DNA from: the human T2T-CHM13v2.0 reference genome, Homo sapiens | Length of the DNA stretch: 64,000 nt | Assembly (NCBI RefSeq): GCF_009914755.1 | Contig: NC_060943.1 | Strand: one strand, 5' to 3' | Part shown: piece by piece, positions 28,001 through 53,631 of the stretch | How positions within the stretch are numbered: position 1 is the first letter of the stretch | How the letters are laid out: each line of letters begins with the position of its first letter | Made by a program: the position numbers and the translations under genes | Notes under the pieces: model-generated | Databases searched by the model: none | What the model was told of the DNA's origin: nothing | Seen by the model: the letters and a program-made list of their open reading frames with translations, nothing else

Positions 28001-29686
28001 GCGGATGTGATTGGATTTTTAGTCTTATTATCTGAGAAATGCGTCTTGGCTACCATTCCTGAGCGATTTTCTTTAATGACTCTATGGTTGTGGGGGGGTA
28101 TTTAGTTCATTCAGGGGTAGAGGTGGTTTTTACAGAAAATCTGTCCAACCATTTTCCTTCCTTAACTTGGGAAAGGGGATCTTTTGCATGTTCTAGGTTT
28201 ATTTATTTTATTTCTTAAGTAAATCAAAAGCCTGATTTTTTTCCCTGCTGTGGCCTAGGGCAATTGTATATTAAAGTAGCCATCCAACTGTGAAGGAGCA
28301 TTTACTGGAAGGACTTTCTTAACTGTGCTATGATCAAACTTTGTTTATTTTAGTACTTATTTAGAAATAATTCTGTGTGGACACATTTGAAATAAAAACA
28401 TTCACTGTCATCTACAGAGTTGGACCATTCACTCATCAAATATTAGGGCATTTGTATATGAGACAGTGAAGAGGGCTGATAGTAGATTTGTATGGTCCCT
28501 TGAACTTTTTAAAATTTTCTGACAGAATCTGGTAATTTTAATAATCTATGTATGGCATGGGTTTTCACCATTATTGACTTAAAGATTTTTGGTTCATTTC
28601 CGTTGGTAAATTTTTAGCCTTGTGTGTCATGATTAATTTTCTGAATTTATCTTAGAGTTTGTGTTACCCATGTTGGTGTCAATAGTTGTTTTGTTTTTTA
28701 TTAATATGGAAGTGACAGATAATTAAGAATAAAAACAACTGTGTATGCAGTACTGCTTAAATGTGTGTCCCAGAGTTTTAATATCATTGGCAGCATGAAA
28801 AGTTCCTGCATGCCAAAAGCCTAAGTTTACATAATAGGGAGAGAGGACACACAGAATAGAGAGCTGATTTTTCCACCTTAACTGGTAACCGATGTTCTTA
28901 AAGACTGTCAGATTTCTCTGAGGCTAGCAGAGGCCCTAACTCCAGCATTGCCATTTGCTTTCATGATGGGATTGGGTGCTACAGAAATGTGAGGTGGTAG
29001 CCTTGGCCTTCTGGCACAGTTAATATGCCATTTGGAGTGGGGGGACTGGAGCAGGAGATGGCGGTAGACAACTGCTTTCAAGGTAGTAACATGTTTTCAA
29101 GGGCTCTTGCCCTGCCTAGAAAATCTTTGTAAAGACTTAAAAACTAATCTGATCAAAGTTCCTCATTTAAGTTATCATCTTGTTTTCAACTAACCTCTTT
29201 TTGGCCATGCTCCCCACCCGCCCTTTTACCTGCCCGCCATTTTCCTTGGCATGATGAAGGTCGATGCATTTAGAACAGTGACAAATCAGAAAATACTCAT
29301 TCTTATTGATCCAGAAGAGAAGAAGTTGAAAGAAGTTGTCGGTGTGCAGATTCATGGGCAGATCCATGGACCTGATGGTGACTTTTGGCAAAGGACACAG
29401 CCTGGGAAGGGTGGGGGTTGCACAGGTGACAGTAAACCATAGCCTAATAGATGTTTGGTGAGTCTGCATGTGAGGAGGTGAGGCGTCAGGTCAATATAGT
29501 TGGAGATTGAAAAGGTCGGAGTGGTTGTTCGTCTCCATCTAGTCTGGTCTGCTTCCCAACTTTGGTCCACTGTGGTCTCCTGAGAGGTGTTAGGCCGCTT
29601 GCAGCGTCTTCCTGTGATCTGCTGTGACTTTTGTCGGTCACCACCTGGCAGTCTAAACAATGTCTTGATTTACACAGTAATCGTGA

Positions 29687-30065
<379 letters not shown>

Positions 30066-31697
30066 TAAAATAGGTAAAATTGAGATTCTTTGCATGAAGA
30101 GAGAAGGTGACTAGCACAAATACCTCCTTTGACGCCTTGCGTTCATTGGAACTCAGTGGGAAAATCAGCGCGTAGTCTAGCCTCCTCATTTACAGATGGA
30201 GGAATGGAAGGCTGGCATAGGGCATTGTGACAGGCTTCCTGCCACAGCAGAAAAGTACTGGATTTATATAAGGGCAGTGACCTGGCTTCTGATCTAGGCC
30301 TTGTCCTAATTAGCTGGGACCTTGAACAAATTGCTTGACCTCTCTGGGCTTCACCTTCCTAGTCTGAAGCCTGGAGTGCTGTCCAGGTCTGATTGTAGAT
30401 TCTTGTTGTCCTGGGTCACTTACCAAGTTAGAGTTGGAGCTTAGGACTAAGCTCCTGTTGCTACTCTTTGATTCCTCTCTCACCTGCCAATCCCCAACTG
30501 CCTGTCATCAAGTCCCGTAACCCAGAGTCTGTGTAGGGGGCTCTTTCCCTGGGAGATGCAGTAAAATGAACTGGATTACCTTTGTTGTATACTTTTTCAG
30601 ATATAAAATAAACACTGCCTGTTTTTCAACCATTCACATGGAGATTACTTTATAATTTAGGGGGATGGGGTTATCCAGATTATATTAGCTACATAACTAA
30701 AACCATATACCTCTTTTAAAAACGATATGGAATTTTTCAAGCTGAGTCATTGTTGACCTAGGCTCTCAAACAGCAATGGTCTGAACAGCACTTGTATTGC
30801 TGGCATTAAGAAATGCAAACAAATAATTCGTGTTCATCTTCCCAAAACTTTTGATCCAGTGCTTTATCAGGCTTCATCTATAAAGAATTCTTGAAGATAA
30901 CTTTTGGCATCTGTCAATCTAATTTTCATTTATTTGCTTCTCTGATACTGAGAAATGCCATTAAGTTGATATATTAGCAGAGAACCAGATACTTTCAGCC
31001 ATGAAGTATCATTACAGGAAAGTAATATTTATTTTAGTTGAAAATAGCCAGACTTGCCTATCTCTCTCATCTTCCTTTATTGAAACGAACATTTTCTTTT
31101 TATGTACTTTGCAGCAGTTGTGACTGTTGTATTATAGATCTGCAGGTATTTCCTGCCTCTTTTGCTCTCCTGATATCTCTGCATTCTTACTTGGATGATG
31201 CCCTCGTCCTGGCCACTGTAGTAAACTGGTAATTGCATTTGGACAATTGAGAGGCGGCTTCCTATGATGTAAAGAACATTGAAGAAACCTGGGTCCTAGC
31301 CCTAGCCCTGTCATTTACTAGCTTTGTGACTAGCCAAATCATTTTCATTTCTCTGGACTACAGTTCCTTCATTTGAAAAATGAAGGGATTATACTAGTTG
31401 GTTCCCATTCTGCCTTATTTTGTGGCTAATAATACTTGATTGTCATCTCTCTCTCTAGATAGACAGTAAACTCCTGAGGATGAGGAGCCTCTTATATTAT
31501 CTTTGATTTCCTATCACACCTAGCAAAAATACCTTGTACTTGGTAGGCCCCCATTGTGTCCATGTTGACAGAAGATAAACAGGTGCTAAAGTTTGTTGTT
31601 GTTGTTGTTGTTGTTTTTTTTTTGGAGATGTTTGTACCAACTGTAATGGCCATTTGCAGGCTTTAAATGCTTAGAGGGCATGCTCTCCTGGTCAGCC

Positions 31698-33314
<1,617 letters not shown>

Positions 33315-33346
<32 letters not shown>
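33315..33346. repeat. (TG)16 microsatellite
   Basis: Read directly; follows an Alu tail. Confidence 0.97.
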
Positions 33347-33349
<3 letters not shown>

Positions 33350-33760
33350 TTGCATTGTGTGTGTGTATGTATATAGTTGCATTGTGCTTTTCCCCCATTT
33401 TCATTTAAAAGAAAGGTCAAAACTGTGGCTTTATCTCTTGCAGCCTGCACTACTTAGGAATGAGACAAAGGAAAATGATTACCATTAATTGCCATGGGCA
33501 ATTAAAAAGAGTTCTTTGTTCAGTAACAAATTGATTGTGTACAAATGAAAGTCAGCACTGCATTAATACAAGATTATTAGATTCTTGAAATCAGCATCTT
33601 CTGCTAGAGTAGCTTTCACTTCAAGGGAATTATTTCACTGGGAATAGCGTACCTAAATGATTGGTGATAAAATGTATCACTAGGTCTTTATTTTTCAGAA
33701 ATGCCTGTTAACGTTGTAGGTAGAGGCTGGTGGATGCTGCTTTTATGGTAACCTTTTTAA

Positions 33761-34084
<324 letters not shown>

Positions 34085-34133
34085 TTGTATACTTTTTTTA
34101 ATGCTGTCAATGTATAAGAAATTTCTTCTTCTG

Positions 34134-34448
<315 letters not shown>

Positions 34449-35179
34449 TCAGTCAACTGAGGAACGTAGATAAAACCTTTGATAAATGAGGAAGAAGAGA
34501 AAAAGACTCCTGACTGCTGTGGAGTAGGTCTTGGCTGTTGGCATGTACCTAGTAGTAGCCACGCAACAACCATAAAGGCTTAAAAAATGGCAGCCTTAGC
34601 TAAAGTAGTTGTGATTTGATGTTATGTATATACAAGGTGTATATATTTTCTTGTGTGCAAATCCCCTTTTAAGTTTTTTCTTAAAAAAAAATAAGGTATA
34701 ATCTACATGTAGAAAAGTACGTAAATCTTAAGTGTCCATTTCTGAATTTTTTGCATGTTGTACAAGCCCCTTTTTCATATGATGGGGCATAATTCCCTTT
34801 TCTACATAGTTCTTACTGAGCCGGAAATTATTTGAGAGTCTCTATATAAGGCACTTCAATTATTACTTTATATTTAATATACAAATGTGAACATGTAGGA
34901 TGTTTCTAACTTTACCCATCTGGGCAGGGTCAAATACCTGATAAAGAATGGGATAACGGTGATTTCATTGTATAAACTGTCACAAGTGTGAAAGCATTCT
35001 TTTAACAACATCTTTTCTACTCGTGTTGTTAATTCCAGATTATTTTGATCTTTGTTTGCTGGAAATTAAAAGAAAAGAGATAGTGGTCACTGCTAATGAG
35101 AGTGAAATGGGACTGGTATTGAAATTGCTATCAGGCCTGCAAACAAGTGTGAACTTTCAGGAAAGTAGTTTAGCAATGT

Positions 35180-40635
<5,456 letters not shown>

Positions 40636-40754
40636 GGACTTGGCTTTAAGAGACCAGCTAAAGAATATAGTGGTAGGAAAATAAATACAGGCATAACTCA
40701 GAGATAGTGTGGGATTAGTTCCAGACTACTGCAATAAAGCATATATGGCAATAA

Positions 40755-41108
<354 letters not shown>

Positions 41109-41294
41109 TTATGTTTTGGCTGGGCGCAGTGGGTCATGCCTGTAATCCCAGCACTTTGGGAGGCGGAGGTGGGTGGATCACCTAAGGTCAGGAGTTCGAG
41201 ACCAGCCTGGCCAAAGTGGTGAAACCCTGTCTCTACTAAAAATACAAAAACTAGCCGGGCGTGGTGGTGGGCACCTGTAATCCCCAGCTACTCA

Positions 41295-41438
<144 letters not shown>

Positions 41439-41512
41439 TTATCTTTATGCCGTACTGTAGTCTAAGTGTGCAGTATCATTATGTCTTTAAAAAAGTATAT
41501 ACCTTAATTTAA

Positions 41513-41875
<363 letters not shown>

Positions 41876-43277
41876 TGAGACAGAGTCTTCCTTTGTTGCC
41901 CAGGCTAGAGAGTATAGTGGTGCAATCTTGGCTCACTGCACCTTCCACCTCCCAGATTTAAGCGAGTCTCTCTCAGCATCCTGAGCAGCTGGAACTACAG
42001 ATGCGCACCACCACACCTGGCTAAATGTTTTGTATTTTTAGTAAAAACGGGATTTCTCCACATTGACCAGGCTGGTCTCAAACTCCTGACCTCAAGTGAT
42101 CCACCCACCTCGGCTTTCTAAAGTGCTGGGATTACAGGTATGAGCCATCGCGCTTGGCCTAATTTTTATTTTTTTGAGAGAGACTCTCACTCTGTCACCC
42201 AGGCTGGGGTGCGGTGGTGCAGTCTCAGCTCACTGCAACGTCTCTCGGGTTCAAGCAATTCTTGTGCCTCAACCTCTGGAGTAGCTGGGTCTAGAGATGC
42301 GCACACTACCACGCTTGGCTAATTTTTGTATTTTTCATAGAGATGGGGTTTCGCCATGTTGGCCAGGGTGGTCTCAAACTCTTAGCCTCAAGTGATTTGC
42401 CCACCTCGGCCTCCGGAAGTGCTGGGTTTATAGGCCGGAGCCACTGTGTCCAGCTCCCACAACTTCCTTTGTTTTTGTTGTTGTTGTTGTTGTTTTTTGA
42501 GATGTCTCATTCTGTTGACCAGCCTGGAGTGCAGTGGTGTGGTCACAGCTCACTGCAACCTCAACCTCCTGGGCTCAAGTGATTCTCTGGACTCAGCCTC
42601 CTGTAAAAATACTTTATTACTTAAAAAATGCTGGTGATCATCTGAGCCTTTGGTGAATCATAACCTTTTTGCTAGTGGAGGGTCCTGCCTTGATGCTGAT
42701 GGCTTCTGACTCATGGTGGTGGTTACTGAAGGTTGGGCTGGCTGCAGCAGTTTGTTAAAATAAGGCAGCAGTGAAGTTTGCTACATTCATTGATTCTTCC
42801 TTTCGTGAAAGATTTCTGTATAGCATGCAATGCTGTTTGATAGCATTTTATCCACCGTAGAACTTCTTTCAAAATTAGAGTCAATCCTCTGAAACCCTGC
42901 TGCTACTTTATCAGCTAAGCTATGTAATACTCTGAATCCTTTGTTGTCATTTCTGCAGTGTTCACAGCATCCTCACCAGGAGTAGATTCCATCTTAAAAA
43001 ATTGCTGGGCGGGCCAGGCACGGTGGCTTAACGCCAGTAATCCCAGCTCTTCGGAAGGCCGAGGTGACCTCATCTGAGGTCAGGAGTTGGAGACCAGCCT
43101 GGCCAACATGGAGAAACCGTGTCTCTACTAAAAATACAAAAATGGCCAGGTGCAGTGGCTCACACCTATAATCCCAGCACTTAGGGAGGCCAAGGCAGGC
43201 AGATCACGAGTTCAGGAGATAGAGACCATCCCGGCTAACATGGTGAAACCCCGTCTCTACTAAAAATACAAAAATTA

Positions 43278-43421
<144 letters not shown>

Positions 43422-43424
43422 TCA

Positions 43425-43427
43425 AAA

Positions 43428-43470
<43 letters not shown>
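43425..43470 (+). repeat. (AAAT)n Alu-tail tetranucleotide repeat, about 11 units
   Basis: Read directly. Confidence 0.9.
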
Positions 43471-43526
43471 AAATAAAAATACAAAAATTAGCCACGCATG
43501 GTGGTGAGCAACTGTAGTCCCAGCTA

Positions 43527-43635
<109 letters not shown>

Positions 43636-43719
43636 TCAAAAAAAAAAAAAAAAAATCGCTGGGTGCAGTGGCCAACCCCTGTGACCCCAGCACTTTGAGA
43701 GGCCAAGGTGGACGGATCA

Positions 43720-44343
<624 letters not shown>

Positions 44344-44750
44344 TCACATCTTCAAACTCCATTTCTAATTGTAGTTCACTTTCCACCACATCTGTGGTGA
44401 CTTTATTCAATGAAGTCTTGAACTTCTCAAAGCAGTCTGTGAGGGTTAGAATCAACTTCTTCCAAATTCCTGTTAATGTTGATATTGTGAGCTCTCTCAT
44501 GAATCATGAATCTTCTTTTTATTTTATTTTATTTTTATTTTTTTTAAGAGATGAGGTCTTGCTCTGTCACCCAGGCTGGAATGCAGTAGTGTGATCATAG
44601 CTACTGCAACTTTGAACTCCTGGGCTCAAGGGATCCTCCTGCCTCAGCCTACCGAGTACCTGAGACTACAGGCACATGCTGCCATGCTGGACTAATTTTT
44701 GTTTTTTTTTAAGAGATGGAGTCTTACTACATTGCCTGGGTTGGTGTTGA

Positions 44751-45029
<279 letters not shown>

Positions 45030-46330
45030 TAATCCACCCACCTCGGCCTCCCAAAGTGCAGGGATTATAGGCGTGAGCCACTGCGTCCAGCTCAAGTGAA
45101 TGTTCTTAATGGGATCATGGGATCTAGAATGGTGAATCCTTTTCAGAAGGTGGACTTTGCCCAGATCCATCAAAGGAATCACTATTTATGGCAGTGTTGC
45201 CTTATGAAATGTGTTTCTTAGGTAATAACACTTGAAAGTCTGAATTACTCCTGGATACATGGACTGCAGAATGGATGTTGTGTTAGCAGGCATGAAAACA
45301 ACATTAATCTTGTACATCTCCATCAGAGCTTTTGGATGACTAGGTGCCTTGTCAATGAGCAGTAATATTTTGAGAAGAATCTTTTTTTGCAAGCAGTAGG
45401 TCTCAATGGTGGGCTTAAAAATATTCAGTAAACTATGCTGTAAACAGATGTGCTGTCATCCAAGCTTTGTTCCATTTATAGAGCACAGGTAGAATACAGT
45501 TAGCATGATTCCTAAGGCCTGTAGGATTTTCAGAATAGTAAATAAGCATTGGCTTCAATTTAAAAAGTTACTAGCTGCATTTGTCTCTAACAAGGGTCAG
45601 CCTGTCCTGTGGAGCTTTGAAGCCAGCCATTGACTTCTCTCTAGCTATAGAAGTCCTAGATGGCATCTTTTTCCAACATAAGGCTGTTTTGTCTATAGTA
45701 GCCACCTTCATCAAGGTGGGCTAGGTCTTCTAGATGACTTGCTGCAGCTTCTCCGTCAGCACTTGCTGCTTGCTTCATCTTGCACATTTATGTTATGGAG
45801 GTGGCTACTTTCCTTAAACCTTGTTAACCAGTCTCTGCCAGCTTCTAACTTTTCTCTGTAGCTTCCTCGCCTCTCTCAGCCCTGTTGAATTGAAGAGAGT
45901 TAGGGTCTTGCTCTGGATTAGGTTTTGGTTTAAGGGAATATTGTGGCTGGTTTGATCTTCTGTCTAGACCACTCAAACTTCTTTCTTTCCCTTTTTTTTT
46001 TTTTGAGACAAGGTTTCGCTCTGTCACCCAGCATGGAATGCAGTGGCATGATTATGGCTTACTGTAGCCTCAGCCTCCCAACCTCAAGCAGTCCCCCCAC
46101 CTCAACCCCCCCAGGTTGCTGGGATTGCAGGCATATGCCACCATCCCTGGCTAATTTTTATTTTATTTTTTGTAGAGACAGGATCAGCGTATGTTGACCA
46201 TGCTGGTCTCGAATTCCTGGCCTCAAGCAGTTGTCCCGCCTTGGCCTCCCAAAGCACTAGGTTTACAGGCATGAGCCACTACACCCTGCCAAAACTTTCC
46301 CTATATCAGCAATAGGCTGTTTCACTTTAT

Positions 46331-46704
46331 TTTATTTATTTATTTTTACATTTTACTTTAAGTTCTGGGATACATGTGCAGAACGTGCAGATTTGTTATA
46401 TAGGTATACATGTGCCATTGATGGTTTGCTGCACCTATCGACCTGTCATCTAGGTTTTAAGCCCCACATGCATTAGGTATTTGTCCTAATGCTCTCCCTT
46501 TCCTTGCTCCCCACCTCCTGACAGGCCCCTTTGTGTGATGTTCCCCTCCCTGTGTCCATATGTTCTCATTGTTCAACTCCCACTTTTGAGTGAGAACATG
46601 CAGTGTTTGGTTTTCTGTTCCTGTGTTAGTTTGCTGAGAATGATGGCTTCCAGCTTCATCCATGTCCCTGCAAAGGACATGAACTCACTCTTTTTTATGG
46701 CTGC
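46331..46704 (-). mobile_element. 5'-truncated L1PA-type LINE-1 3' end inserted in Tigger1
   Basis: Typical L1 3' UTR in antisense (ttctgggatacatgtgcagaacgtgcag..., WMKLEAIILSKLTQEQKTKH) flanked by a 17-bp TSD aggctgtttcactttat at 46314-46330 and 46705-46721. Confidence 0.9.
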
Positions 46705-46951
46705 AGGCTGTTTCACTTTATCACTCGTGTTCACTGGAGTAGCACTTTTAATTTCTTTCAAGAACTTTTCCTTCGCTTTAACAATGTGGCTGTTTGGCAC
46801 AAGAGGCCCAGCTTTCAGCCCCTCTTGGCTTTTGACATGCTTTCTTCACTAGGCTTAATCATTTTTAGCTTTTGATTGAAAGCGAGGGACATGTGACTCC
46901 TCCTTTCACTTGAGCACTTAGAGGCCATTGTGGGATTATTAATTGGCCTAA

Positions 46952-47131
<180 letters not shown>

Positions 47132-47630
47132 TAGTAGAGACAGGGTTTCGCCATGTTGGCCAGGCTCGTCTCGAACTCTTGACCTCAGGTGATCCGCCCG
47201 CCTTCAGCCTCTCAAAGTGCTGGGATTACAGGCGTGAGCCACTGTGCCCGGCCAATTGGCCTAATTTCAACATGGTTGTGTCTCAGAGAACAGGGACAGA
47301 GATGAGGAGCAGTTAGAACACATACAACATTTTTTCAACTCGCCGTCTTATATTGGTGCAGTTTATGGTGCCCCAAATCAATTGCAATATTAACAGCAAA
47401 CATCACTACTCACAGATGACCATAATAGAATAATAATGGAAAAGTTTGAAATATTGCAAGAATTACCAAAATGTGACATCAAGACATGAAGTGAGCATAT
47501 GCTGTTGGAAAAATGATGCTGATAGACTTGCTCAAGACAGGGTTGCCAATGACCTTCAGTTAAAAAAACACATGCACACATAGTATCTGAAGCGCAGTAA
47601 AAGGAATGGCAATAAAACGTATGCTGGTCA

Positions 47631-47924
<294 letters not shown>

Positions 47925-48016
47925 CTATACGAGTTTACTAGTTTTTAGCTTTGTCAAGGAGAGAATTTAAAAAAGAAAAATTATTCCCACCATTATTTCA
48001 TAAAAAGTAGGATCTA

Positions 48017-49783
48017 GGCTGGCCATGGTGGCTCACATCTGTAATCCCAACACTTTTGGAAGCGAAGGCAGGAGGATTACTTGAGCCCAGGAGTTGGAGG
48101 CTACAGTAAGCAATGATTGTGCCAACTACACTCCAGCCTGGGCAACAAAAACAACAACAACAAAAAGGATCTAACTTCAGAATAAAGGATATCCCTTCCC
48201 AAGGAAACTAGCTGCCTTATAGGGACATATGTAGGTATATACTTATAATTCTCATTTTAAACATAAACTGAGGAAAACTGCCACAGGCCAGCTGTTTAAC
48301 TTTTTGGGGCCTTAGTTTTCTCATCTATAAAATAATGATGATATCCTTTTTTTTTTTTTTTTTTTTTTTCCCCTTTTGAGATAGGGTCTCTTGTCCAGAC
48401 TGGAGCGCAGTGGCATGCTCACAGCTCACTGCAGCCTCGACTTCCTGGGCTCAGATGATCCATCTCAGTGTCCCTAATAGCTAGGACTACAGGCATGTGC
48501 CACCATGTTGTATTTTTTTTGTAGAGATGGAGTTTTGCCATGTTGCCCCAGCTGGTCTTGAACTCCTGGGCTCAAGCAATTCCCCCGCGTAGGCCTCCCA
48601 AAGTACTAAGATTACAGGTTTAAGGGCTAGAGTGCAGTGGCATGATCATGGCTTGCTACAGCCTCGACTTTCTGGGCTCAAATGATCCTCCTGCCTCAGC
48701 TGAGACTACAGGTGCGCACCCACCATGCCTGGCTACTTTTTAAAATTTTTAGTAGACATGAGATCTTGCTATGTTGCCCAGGCTGGTCTCAAACCCCTGG
48801 CCTCAAGTGATCTTCCTGCCTTGACCTCCCAACGTGTTGGGATTATAGGCTTGAGCCACTGTGCCTGGCCCAGGGGTCTATATCTAAATCCTAAAGCTTG
48901 CAGAAGTTCTTTCAGCTGTCCCCATGGCTTTGGGCATTATGAATAATAATCCATAGGACATAATTGGAAGGTGTTTCAGCTTAGGATGGATTGGACTTTT
49001 GAAAAGCGCCCCTTCTTATAGTCAACACAACATCTCATTCCCCTGTGAACTCACCCTTAGGGAAATCATTTTACTTTTGGACAAGTGAGACCAGATCCTC
49101 AGAGATAGTTTGTGACTCTTGCAATAATAATAGCAAATATTTCCTTAATCTTTTCTATATGCCAGGCACTGTATTATGTACTTTACATGTATTAACTCAA
49201 GGAATCCACATAACAACCCAATGAAGTAGGTACTATCCTTGTACCCATTACTCAGAATAGGAAACAGGCCATGCATGCTAGGTGATGTAAGCTAAGGATT
49301 CAGAGGAAGGAGAATAATAAATTACCCCCACTTAGAAAGTACTGGTCTGGGTTTGTGTGCTCTCTCTTCTGCCCACCTCCCTCCTCTCTCTCTGGCCCTA
49401 CTTGTTTTTATTAATGTGGGGTTAATGCCGGTGATTTCATATACTAACCTTGATCATTGGGAAATGTTTCTCTCACGGGAAGGTATTTGGATGGGCATAG
49501 TACATTCTTTGGTTTGTCTTCTTGATCTCTAGTTTAGCTTACTTGTTAAAGATTTCCAGAATGATCTAGCAGTTAATTCCAGTTCCATTTTCCCCTCCAC
49601 CTTTTTATTTTTAGTGAGGTCCTAATTGGATTTTTTTAATCTTAATTTTTTTAATTTTTACCTTTTTAGAGATGAGTTCTCACTATGTTGCCCAGGCTGG
49701 ACTCGAATTCCCAGGCTCAAGCAATCCTCCCGCCTCAGGCTCCTGAGTAGCTGGGGCTACAAGTGTGTGCCACTGCACCCAGC
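48017..49783. mobile_element. Old Alu fragments (48017-48166 +, 48346-48870 -, 49650-49783 -)
   Basis: Diverged AluJ/monomer-like sequence. Confidence 0.8.
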
Positions 49784-51756
49784 TATAAATAGATTTTTAT
49801 AATGTGATTTTTAAATTTTAGGGTATTAAGCTTATCTTAAAGTACAATCAAAGCCTGTCACCCATTTCATTTCTCTAATGCCTCCTTGAAGTATTTTGCT
49901 TTTGACTTTGGGGAAGAGCCTTGGAGATTGGGTACTGCATGATGCTGCAGGGAGGCCAGTGGTTTATGTTGTCGTCGTCCGTCCTGGAGTGCTTGCCTTA
50001 ATGCTGCTCATTTCAAATGCCTCCTCTCTGTTTCCAAGGTTGAATTAGCATCAGGTCTTCTTTTACATCAGCCTTGTCTAATATAACTTTCTGTGTTATT
50101 CATTATGGTAACCACCAGTCACGTGTTGCTACTTGAAATGTAGCTAGTGGGGCTGAGAAACTAAATTTAAAATTTTTATTATTATTAGTTTAACTTTAAA
50201 TGGCCAAAGTAGTGCAGATCTAGACTATGCTCCGTAAGGGAGGTTTTTTTTTTCTTTTCTTTTTTTCCTACTTCTAATTCTGACATAGGGCTGTGCTCTT
50301 TATGTATTTGTTAAATGCTTTCACTAGCTGAAATACAAGGAAAGTTAAAGTATTCCTTAAAGTCTTCCTCCCAGGGAAAACCGTTGTTAATAGTTGTATT
50401 TTTTAACTGTAGGATAAATTGCCAGTTTTTATTATCATTACAGTGATTCACCCTTGATTCTAGGGATCGGGCGTTACTCAAGGTTGTTGTAGATTTGGGA
50501 GTTTTAGGAGATGGAGGAGGCTTAGAATGCAGGTTATAAATGTAACAGAAAGAAGTATGACTAATACTGGTAAAAGTGTCTTTATAATGATTGTTGCGAT
50601 ATGATTGAATTTCTATCCTAATGCTTAAGAATCCTTAGTGAAAATGTGGGAAAGAGGATGAATCACTGTTTTCTCCCTTCCCAAATCCCAGATGATTTTG
50701 CTAGAATTTTAAGGATGGATTGAGTGTTCAGGTGATTTTGTCTTGACTTCTTGGGTTGGTTGGGATCTTTAAAGAGAGAGAGATTAAAAAGGATTTACTA
50801 CTAGCAAAACTGAAAAAGCAGAAACATGTCTGCTTGAATTTTGAGTTTCTTTTCTCTTTGATAGTGGAAGCAGCATCTTAGGCCAGGTTCATTTTGTAAC
50901 TGGTGTGGGTGTATGTATGCATGTGTACATCCGTCTCATGTTTGTTAAATTTTCTTGACTCCCTAACAGTTGTTTGTACTCCACATCATCAGTTTTGGTA
51001 CCTTCTACTCGTTACTGAAAGGATATATTTACCTTCTCAGTGGGTTGGTGAAGATGGGGGGTGGGGGAGCATATATGGAAACTGATGAAAATGATAAAAC
51101 CGTGGTGCTCCAAAGTAAAGAAAGGAATTTTTAAAAGCCTTTGAATTAACTGGAATGTGGGATCTTGGATTGGATCCTGGTACAGAAAAGGCAATAAATA
51201 GAAAAACTGGTAAAATCTGAAAGTCTGTAGTTTAGTTTTTTGTGCTAATTTCTTAGTTTTGACAAATACACCATGGTTATGTGAACATTAGGGGAAGCTG
51301 GGTGAAGGGTATGTGAGGACTCTGTAACATCTGCAGCTTTTTTGTATATCTAAAATTATTCCAGAGTAAGAAATTGAAATAGAAGCTGTGACTAGCAAGA
51401 GCTTCCAAGGGCTGTGACTTCACCAAGGGAGTGTGTTCATAAGTAGGGCTTCTCTCTAAGGGCCTCTAGAAGTTCTGCTTATCTGCCCACTTCCCTCCTT
51501 CAACTCAGTGCTCTAACCATGTGGAATGACTAACTCTCCCCAAAATCCATGCTTCTGGGCCGTTTCATACACTTCTCATCGGGGTATTCTCCTGCTACAC
51601 CCTCCCCGACCGAACCAAAAACAAAATACATAAAGATCACCTAAAAAACAAAAAATGCAGCTTGACTAATTCCTTTTCATTCTTTAGGTCTCTGGCTTAG
51701 ATTTTATTTTTTTCAGGAAGCCTTCCCTGACCCACAGAAGTCAGTGTCTTGTCTGA

Positions 51757-53351
<1,595 letters not shown>

Positions 53352-53542
53352 TTAGTAAACCAATCAACAGCGATTAATTATATAAAATGTGCACCGCCTT
53401 AGGTGGTATACATAGCACTATCAGACATGGCTCCTGCTTTTGAATTTCTTACTTTCTAGTAGGGGAAAATAGAATATCCTCACCCCACAGTGTGTTACTG
53501 TGGCTCAACCACATGAATCAGGAAACAAGAGTAGAGGCCATT

Positions 53543-53631
53543 CGGAGCTTGCAGTGAGCCGAGATCCCGCCACTGCACTCCAGCCTGGGCGACAGAGCGA
53601 GACTCCGTCTCAAAAAAAAAAAAAAAAAAAA
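53543..53631 (+). mobile_element. 5'-truncated young Alu (AluYa5-type)
   Basis: Only the last ~69 nt of the Alu plus a pure A tail. Carries the GAGATCCCGCC variant, intact CpGs and a perfect 16-bp TSD aagagtagaggccatt (53527-53542, 53632-53647). Confidence 0.88.
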
